Below, in pieces: positions 1-7,303 of a stretch of 24,519 nucleotides of DNA; positions within the stretch are counted from its first letter, which is position 1, and each line of letters opens with the position of its first letter. Under the pieces are notes generated by a model. That model made no database searches. It had not been told where the DNA came from and saw nothing but the letters and a program-made list of their open reading frames with translations. This DNA is from a virus (Duplodnaviria > Caudoviricetes), in the IMG/VR virus record IMGVR_UViG_3300025133_000574, positions 1 through 24,519 of that record, one strand, 5' to 3'. Both the position numbers and the translations under genes were made by a program.

Positions 1-44
1 CTGTCAAATACTGTTATTATGTCTGTTAATCTTGTTATTGCCAT
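1..44 (-). CDS. 5' end of a gene running off the window (MAITRLTDIITVFD...), probably a tail-region structural protein
   Basis: ATG at 44, 2 nt after the TAA of the upstream ORF; frame open to the window edge. Confidence 0.5.
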   Translation of the reverse strand, partial: MAITRLTDIITVFD

Positions 45-46
45 TA

Positions 47-373
47 TTACAATGTTATATTATTTTTATTATGTATTTTCTCCTGAACAGCAATTTCATA
101 GTCATTTTTAGCAGTATTCCAACTTAAATAGGTTAAAACCTTATATAAGTCTGTTCTTTTCACGCTATCTATATCATTTTCACCATTCACTCTAAATATC
201 CCCTTTTCAGCAACCATATATAAACTATTAAGCCAACCATAAGGTTTTATGAACTTGTTGTAGAGTCCAACTGTAGAAACTCTATTTTTGCTGCTTCCAC
301 TTCTTCCTCTGTTTTCCCCAAAAACATTTGGAAAGTCCTTGTTAATTTTACGCTTTGCATTGTCAAAAAAAAA
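47..373 (-). CDS. Tail assembly chaperone C-terminal extension (T segment of a G/GT pair), reached by -1 frameshift
   Basis: The -1 frame is open from the T9 run (365-373) to the stop at 47 and has no convincing start of its own; contains a YGW..LY..A motif like those I recall from Bacteroidota phage chaperone extensions. Confidence 0.6.
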   Translation of the reverse strand, partial: FFFDNAKRKINKDFPNVFGENRGRSGSSKNRVSTVGLYNKFIKPYGWLNSLYMVAEKGIFRVNGENDIDSVKRTDLYKVLTYLSWNTAKNDYEIAVQEKIHNKNNITL

Positions 374-927
374 CTGAATTCCCACACGAAATCCATTGTC
401 AATTCTTTAAACTTTTCAGTTTTGGCAGGTATTGCATCATCATCATACTCTTCATCAGCCCTTCTGCAAAGTATTGCCATTTGCTCTGGCAACACATCAA
501 ACCTTCCATGTTTCATTATATCTATTGTACTCTCTAAGTGAGTTGATTCAATATAATCTCCAAATGTGTTTCTTCTTAGAAATTCTTTTGGAAATAGGTA
601 TTCCTCACCTTCAAATTCAAATTTATCTATACCTTTTGGCTTATATTCTTCTAATGTTTGTGAGAATGTTGCTACTGCAGCATTTACACTATCAACATCT
701 AGCATATTCATCTCATTAGCACTAAGACCTGTAAGATATATAAAAATATCCCTATTCATCTTCAATAATTCTACTTCTGAGTGTTCTGCCTCAATAACAT
801 TACCCTCATCATCTCTTTTGTTGTATTGATTGATGATTGCGTACAATCCACACCAATATCTAAGTGTTATGTCTTTCCACTCAGTTGGGATGTCATAACT
901 TTTGTCTTGAATTTTAATTTCTACCAT
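247..927 (-). CDS. Putative tail assembly chaperone (gpG-like)
   Basis: 226 aa acidic protein with IPTEWKDITL and TFGDYI motifs; internal slippery T TTT TTT site with an overlapping -1 ORF. Confidence 0.6.
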   Translation of the reverse strand: MVEIKIQDKSYDIPTEWKDITLRYWCGLYAIINQYNKRDDEGNVIEAEHSEVELLKMNRDIFIYLTGLSANEMNMLDVDSVNAAVATFSQTLEEYKPKGIDKFEFEGEEYLFPKEFLRRNTFGDYIESTHLESTIDIMKHGRFDVLPEQMAILCRRADEEYDDDAIPAKTEKFKELTMDFVWEFSFFLTMQSVKLTRTFQMFLGKTEEEVEAAKIEFLQLDSTTSS

Positions 928-936
928 TATATTATT

Positions 937-1374
937 TTAGTTTTGACTAAGTTCTATATCTTGAATATCTTTCAATAATTTGCTCTTCTCTTGTTCATCT
1001 ATAAGTACATCTGCTAATTCACTTGTTGCGTTTTCACAATACTTTCCAATTTGCTCTAAATAATATTGCAAATCTGAATTATTCTCACCATCTTTTAATG
1101 CAGTTAAAAAACCAACAGCAGTATAAAAGGTCATATTTGGTATTAAAAAGATAAACTCAGCAGTTACACCACTATCTTCATCCTTCTTTAGCATAGTATC
1201 GTGAAAATTATTGGAATATAGATATACTGTCTTTAATATATGTAAAAAGTCCTGATATTTACCCTCACTAACATCTTCAGTAGCAAAATACATCACTTGC
1301 TTAATGTTTTTCGTATGACTTTCAATAATCTCTCTATGTTTGTCATTAAGATAAAATATGTCTGTATTTTTCAT
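937..1374 (-). CDS. Hypothetical protein (145 aa)
   Basis: Clean ORF with AAAAATTATG start and an upstream TAnnTTTG element. Confidence 0.7.
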   Translation of the reverse strand: MKNTDIFYLNDKHREIIESHTKNIKQVMYFATEDVSEGKYQDFLHILKTVYLYSNNFHDTMLKKDEDSGVTAEFIFLIPNMTFYTAVGFLTALKDGENNSDLQYYLEQIGKYCENATSELADVLIDEQEKSKLLKDIQDIELSQN

Positions 1375-1413
1375 AATTTTCTGATAATTTTTTTAGAATT
1401 ACTCAAAACTATG

Positions 1414-1421
1414 CAAAAATA
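1414..1421 (-). promoter_or_regulatory. Bacteroidota-type -7 promoter element TATTTTTG
   Basis: Matches TAnnTTTG about 40 nt upstream of the ATG at 1374. Confidence 0.5.
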
Positions 1422-1473
1422 GTAAATATACTGTGAAATATTTTCACAATTTTTAAACAAACTGAAAAAAACT

Positions 1474-2916
1474 TTAATTAAAGTAAACTACCTTACCTCC
1501 ACCACCCCAAATCTCCTTATTTACAGCCATAACCAAACAATCTACCATATCATCATGTTTTGCTGCAGGGAATCTAGTTAATTGGTCAAGAAACTCTCTA
1601 TTCCAATCTCCATTCAGTAAACTTACTCTACCACTCTCAAGTGATGCACTAATATCACTAACTCTTGCTACTTTGTCTTTTGTTGGTGGTTTATCTTCTT
1701 TTACATTAAGTCCTGTTTCTCTAACTAATGTTTGCACAATAGATTTACCTGAGGCTTTAGGTTCTACAAATATTCGGCTTTTTGGAGTATATCCATTCTT
1801 TTTCACCCATTGAGGAATGAATTTAACTAATTCTGGAAATTCTTTATGCACATTAACACAATCTACTATTTGCCATTTGTTATCTTGATAGGTATATGCT
1901 AGTAATGCAGATGGGTCGTTCTTTTGATTTGCAGTATATGCAGGGTCAATAACAAAGTTTACTGTTGCTTCATCTTTTCTATATCTATCAATCTTAAACC
2001 AATCTTTATGAATCATACCACTATCTAGGGGTGTTGGTGTTTGTTGTAGTTGCCCTGCATAGCCATAAGTACCCAATGCACTTTTATAATCATCTAATAC
2101 TTCTTTACTAAATCTATCTTCCCAAAACAAGCCATTTTCTTTATTATAAAACTTTCCTAGTGATTTTGGTTTTATATTACCATTGTGATTTGTTGCTGGT
2201 ATGCAAATATGTTTATATTTTGTTCTTGTTTCCCTATCTAACAAGAATCCACTTAAATCTTCTTCATGCACTCTTTGCATAATAATAATTCTCACTCCAA
2301 TGTCTGCTTGATTTAATCTTGAGTAGAATGTTGTCCTATACCATTCATTAGCGTTCTCTCTTTCTGTTGCTGAGTTTGCCATTTGAGGTGATAGAGGGTC
2401 ATCCACAATTAGGAAATCTCCACCCTGTCCTGTTACAGTACCACCAACAGATGTTGCCCTTCTCATTCCAATATGATTATTCTCGTATCTCTCTTTTAAG
2501 TTTTGGTCTTTTTTAATGTGAAATACATCACCCCATCTTTTCTTAAACCAATCACTAAATATTATATCTCTTGATTTAGTTGCAAGTTCAATAGATAGTG
2601 CAGCAGAGTAAGAAGAAGTAATGAATCTTAGTTTAGGTGATTTTATCCACGCCCATACTGGAAACATAACAGTAACTATTAATGATTTCGTACTTCTAAA
2701 TGGCACATTAATAATTATATCTTTAGTTTTTGGCTTTTGTGCTATGATTCTCTCACATTCTTCTTGTAGAGTATCGCATATATATTTATGATGCCAATTA
2801 GTTGATAGGGGTACAGATGGTTCTACCACTATCCAAGCAGCCTTAAAGAACTCATAGAAACTCATCTCACATAGTTTCTTTTCTAGTGCGAACTTTAATA
2901 ATTTTTTATTAGTCAT
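1474..2916 (-). CDS. terL: Terminase large subunit
   Basis: Walker A-like INVPFRSTKS, Walker B LIVDDP, IIIMQR coupling motif, RNase H-like nuclease acidic residues DPAYT and HDDMVD. Confidence 0.93.
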   Translation of the reverse strand: MTNKKLLKFALEKKLCEMSFYEFFKAAWIVVEPSVPLSTNWHHKYICDTLQEECERIIAQKPKTKDIIINVPFRSTKSLIVTVMFPVWAWIKSPKLRFITSSYSAALSIELATKSRDIIFSDWFKKRWGDVFHIKKDQNLKERYENNHIGMRRATSVGGTVTGQGGDFLIVDDPLSPQMANSATERENANEWYRTTFYSRLNQADIGVRIIIMQRVHEEDLSGFLLDRETRTKYKHICIPATNHNGNIKPKSLGKFYNKENGLFWEDRFSKEVLDDYKSALGTYGYAGQLQQTPTPLDSGMIHKDWFKIDRYRKDEATVNFVIDPAYTANQKNDPSALLAYTYQDNKWQIVDCVNVHKEFPELVKFIPQWVKKNGYTPKSRIFVEPKASGKSIVQTLVRETGLNVKEDKPPTKDKVARVSDISASLESGRVSLLNGDWNREFLDQLTRFPAAKHDDMVDCLVMAVNKEIWGGGGKVVYFN

Positions 2917-3325
2917 CTACTTCAGTAAAGTCAATATCTTCTGCATCTTCAAGTCCTCTGATTTGTTTTTTAATATCATCAAGTGTTGCACCTTCAGTTA
3001 AATTAATCTCAATCTTAGTATCGGTATCTCTTTTGATTTCTGTTGATTGCAATTTTGGCATAGCATAGTTCATTAGTTTTGCTATTGCATCTATATATGC
3101 TCTAGGGTCTTCATCAAACAATATATCTAATGCCATCTTAATCTTTACAGGTTGTCCTTCTAATGCATAAGCAAGTGATTTACGAGTCATCTTAGCAACT
3201 TGTCTTGCCTCATTATTTTTAGGTTGTAGTGCTTTTGGAGTTTTATTATAGTTCTCATCTATCTTACCAAGTTGAGGTCTTTTCTTCCTTGCTTCACTAC
3301 CTAACTTCTTCTTATCTTCTTTCAT
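2909..3325 (-). CDS. Putative terminase small subunit (likely start MKEDKKK at 3325)
   Basis: Directly upstream of and overlapping terL; basic N-terminus, acidic C-terminus, about 138 aa. Confidence 0.6.
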   Translation of the reverse strand: MKEDKKKLGSEARKKRPQLGKIDENYNKTPKALQPKNNEARQVAKMTRKSLAYALEGQPVKIKMALDILFDEDPRAYIDAIAKLMNYAMPKLQSTEIKRDTDTKIEINLTEGATLDDIKKQIRGLEDAEDIDFTEVDD

Positions 3326-3349
3326 TATTGTCTTTAAAGTCGCAAGATA

Positions 3350-3357
3350 CAAAAATA
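3350..3357 (-). promoter_or_regulatory. -7 promoter element TATTTTTG upstream of terS
   Basis: TAnnTTTG about 25 nt upstream of the ATG at 3325. Confidence 0.45.
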
Positions 3358-3996
3358 ATACAAACTACTTTCCTAATTATTATATAAAATTGAACTACTA
3401 TATTTTAACATTTTTGTAAATTGTAAGAAAACTATGCAAAACTATAATTTTAAACACCTACCTTCGTGCCTCTTATAAGAGTATATGTTATTCTTCTATT
3501 ATACTTATAATCGCCACATCCTATAGTAAACATTATTGCTCATATCGCAAAGTATGTACCAACTTCTAAAATAAATGTTTATTCTAAAACATAGTATTTA
3601 TAAAATTGAACTTTAGATTGGTGTGTGTGCGTTTGTGTGGCTAAACAGTATATATACTAAGGTTTACGGAATCCAAATCCCAAACCTATTTTTTAAACAA
3701 TCTCAACCCATTGTTAATAACTTTTAATAAAAATCTTCAAGAATTGAGCCAAATCTTAACAAAAACCGCTCAAAGTTCGTAATATCTTGATAAATAGTGT
3801 GTTATATCTTGAAAATGTTTGTTTTTTTAGTGCAAAGTTGTATAGAAAAAGAAAATTTGCCAATCATACAGAACAATTTAAACCTAATCTAACAACACAT
3901 AGTTAAATAATAATAAAGAAATAAAGCCTTTTAAAGCCTTTTAATAGTGTTTCTAGTGTGTTACTATTACTTATCTATTTGCTTACATTAGAGCAT

Positions 3997-4022
3997 AAAA
4001 AAACCACCTTGTTAAAGGTGGC
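3997..4022 (-). terminator. Intrinsic terminator ending the early cluster
   Basis: CCACCTT-TAAC-AAGGTGG hairpin followed by T7 on the minus strand. Confidence 0.85.
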
Positions 4023-4048
4023 TTAATATTAGTATTTAATTACTTTAC

Positions 4049-4510
4049 TTATTCAATCAGTTTGCAATTTACTAAAGTATTGTGTTTCATGTGTTCTCTT
4101 ATGTAGTCTACATCATAACTTATGTTTCCTTTTAAGTAGTCAATTCTTTCTTGTTGGCTTTCGTTTGGTAGTATGTAAGTTTTAATATAGTCGTGTAGTT
4201 CTTTGCTATCTTGTTTTATTTCTTGTAGTTTCATAATTTTATATTTATTCTTATTAATTGTTAGAGTTAAAAGAGTGTTAAAATTTAACATTCTATATTT
4301 ATTTATCTTCATATCGTAAACGCATAACAAATTGTATTTGCTCGGCTCAAATGGGCGTGGCTTTGCATTTTCTTTAAGTCCTTTAGTAACTTTAAGGCGA
4401 CCTGTTAAAAGCCTGTGCTGTCCATTCTTCTTGATGAATGTACTACTAAAAATTCTGCCGTTTGTTTCTTCTATTAATTCTTTTGCTCTTTCTGTGTTAA
4501 TTGTTTTCAT
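4049..4510 (-). CDS. WYL_2/SH3(Sm)-like phage protein with a C-terminal extension
   Basis: GRIFS.TF.KK.G..R...GRL ... YDM...YR pattern; family recalled, not searched. Confidence 0.55.
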   Translation of the reverse strand: MKTINTERAKELIEETNGRIFSSTFIKKNGQHRLLTGRLKVTKGLKENAKPRPFEPSKYNLLCVYDMKINKYRMLNFNTLLTLTINKNKYKIMKLQEIKQDSKELHDYIKTYILPNESQQERIDYLKGNISYDVDYIREHMKHNTLVNCKLIE

Positions 4511-4528
4511 GTTTGTTTAATGTTTTGC

Positions 4529-4618
4529 CTAGCATCCACCGAATAGGATTGCTAGAATTAGTAAAAATGTTAATTGAGTATCTGACCAATTTGTCAGAGG
4601 TAATTGTCCTTTGCTCAT
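4529..4618 (-). CDS. Small hydrophobic peptide, 29 aa (MSKGQLPLTNWSDTQLTFLLILAILFGGC)
   Basis: Fills the gap between ORFs; same 20-nt start motif as the gene at 5734. Confidence 0.6.
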   Translation of the reverse strand: MSKGQLPLTNWSDTQLTFLLILAILFGGC

Positions 4619-4638
4619 TTTATTTAGTTTTTAAGTTA

Positions 4639-4851
4639 TTAAAAAGGTAATTGTAATTTTAATTCTTTTATTAATTCTTTTATTTGTTTGTTTGTGTACT
4701 CTTTAGAAGAATAAACAATATTTATTAATGCTTTTATATTGGTTTTTTTCTCTAAAGATGTAAACTTATTAATATTGTTTATTTGTTCTATTTCCTGAAG
4801 AATATAAAACGATAATTCATTTATTAAATTTCTTTTTTGTTTTGTTATCAT
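4639..4851 (-). CDS. Hypothetical early protein (70 aa)
   Basis: ORF in tandem array with AAAATTATG start. Confidence 0.6.
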   Translation of the reverse strand: MITKQKRNLINELSFYILQEIEQINNINKFTSLEKKTNIKALINIVYSSKEYTNKQIKELIKELKLQLPF

Positions 4852-4884
4852 AATTTTAATTTTAAGCGTTTATAATTGTTTTGT

Positions 4885-5487
4885 CTAGTGGTATACTAAG
4901 CCGACTTTTTTGTTGTCTTGTATTGCTTTTAAATCGTTGTTACTTGCGTCTATATATCCAGCACTTAACAAAGTTGTAATATCCTTAAAAATACGTGCGT
5001 GTCTGTCTTTTGCCGTATTAATTAAATCATCAGTTTTTGAACCCTCTGAGAATATAATTTTTAAATTGCTAGGAATATTTATGCAACCTTTAAAAAATGG
5101 AATGCTTTTTGTATAAGCGTAAAAAATAACATCTTTATTATCATTTGCTATCTGTACCCACTTTAAAAGATATGCAATAGAATAAAAATCTCCTGAGTCG
5201 TGAATTCTTATATGTGTTGCTTTTTTCTTTTGTATCTCTTCATTCATTAAAGGAATAAAATTATTTGTTTTGCTTATTTTATACTTTTCTTCCATAAGTT
5301 GCCCAATTTTTGGAAATCTTGTATAATTGCCTTTTTGTGCATAGCAATATTTAACGCATGAGTCCGCAAATGGGCATGTTATTTTTCCTGATTTAGTTTT
5401 GTATGCTGGAATTGAAAAATTAAATATTTTTGTTTTATTTAATTTGCTAGTCTTTTTTAGTTTTGCATTTTGTGTAAGTAAATTCAT
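4885..5487 (-). CDS. Gp88-family protein (radical-SAM-like, Cys-rich)
   Basis: CPFADSCVKYCYA, RIHDSGDFYS and FYAYTK motifs. Confidence 0.8.
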   Translation of the reverse strand: MNLLTQNAKLKKTSKLNKTKIFNFSIPAYKTKSGKITCPFADSCVKYCYAQKGNYTRFPKIGQLMEEKYKISKTNNFIPLMNEEIQKKKATHIRIHDSGDFYSIAYLLKWVQIANDNKDVIFYAYTKSIPFFKGCINIPSNLKIIFSEGSKTDDLINTAKDRHARIFKDITTLLSAGYIDASNNDLKAIQDNKKVGLVYH

Positions 5488-5515
5488 TTTTTTATAGTTT
5501 TAAATTAATAGTTTT

Positions 5516-5734
5516 TTAATTGTGTTCTTTACAGGTTGGACAAATTCTGATATCCTGGTCTAATTCATCACCGCAACAAGAGTAAAAACAGTCTTCACAT
5601 ATTTCGCTGTCTTCTACGAAATATGTTTTACTTTCTTCAATATCGCAAATTTCACAATATTTTGTTTTACCATTCCACTCTGTTGGGTCGGTGTGTTGTT
5701 GGTTGGTTGATTCTTTGTAGTCTTTGTAATTCAT
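5516..5734 (-). CDS. Small Cys-rich (zinc ribbon-like) protein
   Basis: CEIC, CEDC, SCCG and CPTCKEH motifs. Confidence 0.7.
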   Translation of the reverse strand: MNYKDYKESTNQQHTDPTEWNGKTKYCEICDIEESKTYFVEDSEICEDCFYSCCGDELDQDIRICPTCKEHN

Positions 5735-5774
5735 TTTATTTAGTTTTTAAGGCGTTAATATTAGTTTTTAAGGT

Positions 5775-6059
5775 TTAACAGTATGATTGTATATATAATA
5801 CTGTTGTAAGCATTGAAACAGCAACCAGACAAACATAAGTTAAAAAATCAAGAGCCTTATCTATTCTTTTGTTTTTGCGTTCTGTTAAATTCTCTATTTT
5901 GTATTTACAATTCCCATTATCAAAATATTTATTTATTTGCTTTAGTTTTATGTATGTGCCGTCAGTACCTTTTATATTTCTAAAAAAGTTTATTTTTTCT
6001 TCTCCATTCATCAAATGAACTTTACCACTTGATAAATTTGTAATTTTGTAATTATTCAT
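5775..6059 (-). CDS. Hypothetical protein with C-terminal membrane anchor
   Basis: Hydrophobic C-terminal segment FLTYVCLVAVSMLTTVLYI. Confidence 0.65.
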   Translation of the reverse strand: MNNYKITNLSSGKVHLMNGEEKINFFRNIKGTDGTYIKLKQINKYFDNGNCKYKIENLTERKNKRIDKALDFLTYVCLVAVSMLTTVLYIQSYC

Positions 6060-6077
6060 AATTTTATTTTTTAGTTA

Positions 6078-6257
6078 TTAAATTATTGAGTTGTAAAATT
6101 TTAATGCTTCAACTCTTCCCTTCTTGTTTCTTGCAAATTGTTCGTATGTCATCCATCCCCCGCTTAGTTCAATACATACAAGATTGGTTTCTAATTTAAT
6201 AGATTTGATATGCCCCCATTTTTTATTAAATTTTGGCTTTTTATAATTTGTTTTCAT
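6078..6257 (-). CDS. Hypothetical basic early protein (likely start MKTNYKK at 6257)
   Basis: A-rich start context at 6257; the longer annotated start runs into the ribozyme. Confidence 0.6.
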   Translation of the reverse strand: MKTNYKKPKFNKKWGHIKSIKLETNLVCIELSGGWMTYEQFARNKKGRVEALKFYNSII

Positions 6258-6302
6258 TTTGTTTTTTTTAGTTAATTTTGTTTTATTGCGTTTTGTTTCG
6301 CT

Positions 6303-6425
6303 AGTAATAGACAAAGGCAGGAGGCTCTCTCTCTTGAGGCAGTTGGCTAATAAGAGGTTGCAACCTCCTTTTGCTGATTATTCTTTTACCTTTGTTTCGC
6401 CTTTTAAAGGCTCGTCAGTATTACT
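6303..6425 (-). ncRNA. Type I hammerhead ribozyme with a large stem-III insertion
   Basis: Stem I AGUAAUA/UAUUACU; core CUGACGA; stem II GCCUU/AAGGC; GAAA; stem III ACAAAGGUA/UGCCUUUGU; GUC cleavage triplet ending at 6310. Confidence 0.88.
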
Positions 6426-6426
6426 C

Positions 6427-6711
6427 TTAGTAATTTTCTTGAGTTAGTTCTGCGAAAATGTCTTCAACTGCTTCATTTATTAACGTTTCTTCGTTTGTAT
6501 TGTCTAAATTTAAACATTCTACACCGTACACCGATAAATATAAACTACTTTCTCTACAGTGAACTAATCCGCAAATCTTTGCAGTAATAGAATAAGAGTT
6601 TTTAAACCCTCTACAAATTGTCTCTAGTAGGTATTTAGGACGTAACGTTTCGCCATCTAATAAAGTTAGTTTACATTGAATTGCTTGGTTGTGTCTGTTA
6701 ATTGTTGTCAT
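6427..6711 (-). CDS. Hypothetical protein, first gene of the early cluster
   Basis: 94 aa ORF following a consensus promoter. Confidence 0.65.
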   Translation of the reverse strand: MTTINRHNQAIQCKLTLLDGETLRPKYLLETICRGFKNSYSITAKICGLVHCRESSLYLSVYGVECLNLDNTNEETLINEAVEDIFAELTQENY

Positions 6712-6763
6712 TGTTTTTGTTTTTAGTTTATTTTGTTTTATTGTCTTTTAATTATTGACATGA

Positions 6764-6796
6764 CAAACATACAAACAATTTTTAACAAAAAGCAAA
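6764..6796 (-). promoter_or_regulatory. Consensus Bacteroidota promoter (early operon)
   Basis: TTTG (6796-6793), 21-nt spacer, TATGTTTG (6771-6764). Confidence 0.75.
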
Positions 6797-7102
6797 CAAA
6801 TGTTAAAAAACTTTTATCTACTCTAGTAAAATTGCATAAAATAAGCATAAAATACGGCTATTTTAAGCAAATAGTAAAATTAAAAAAGTGCTTTTTTCCC
6901 TCGTTTTTGGGTGATGCTGCTGCAAAAGTTGTTTTTTATATATTGTATTTATGTGCTTTTTGTGGTTCGGTTGGTGCTGCTCAATTTTTGAGGTTGAAAA
7001 TTTACAATAATAGAACGCGTATGTGAATAACAAAATATTTTAATTATTTGCATAAATTCAAAAAAAGTTATTAACAATTTTTATTTCTATTATATTTTTA
7101 CA

Positions 7103-7113
7103 TTATGTTAAAT
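7103..7113 (+). other. XerD-binding arm of a dif-like site
   Basis: TTATGTTAAAT, identical to the E. coli dif XerD arm; the XerC arm is not recognisable. Confidence 0.35.
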
Positions 7114-7162
7114 TCTGAAAAATCTCAAAAAATTTTTTTATTTTTTTTACCCCACAACCCTA

Positions 7163-7222
7163 GCAGTTTCACAGCAGTTTCAGGGCAGTTTCAGCAGTTT
7201 CAGGGCAGTTTCAGCAGTTTCA
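7163..7222 (+). repeat. Six copies of GCAGTTTCA
   Basis: Copies start at 7163, 7174, 7185, 7194, 7205 and 7214. Confidence 0.95.
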
Positions 7223-7303
7223 AGAAAAGTTTTTAAAAAAAGTTTCAAAAGAAATTTAAAAAGATTTTAAGAAATTATTTTTCAGAGAGTTCTTGTGCTT
7301 TTT

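Noticed and set aside
6320-6386. Twister ribozyme nested in the hammerhead insert
   Set aside because: UAAUCAGC...GGUUGCAAC is only loosely similar, and I could not find the required 3' pseudoknot partners.
6259-6447. Plus-strand 62-aa ORF
   Set aside because: Antisense to the hammerhead; the composition is explained by RNA structure and there is no good start context.
6733-7026. Plus-strand 97-aa ORF
   Set aside because: TTG start, low-complexity K/F/L composition, overlaps promoter and operator elements on the opposite strand.
7163-7222. Possible mini-CRISPR array
   Set aside because: Repeats are only 9 nt with 0-2 nt between them; there are no spacers and no cas genes.
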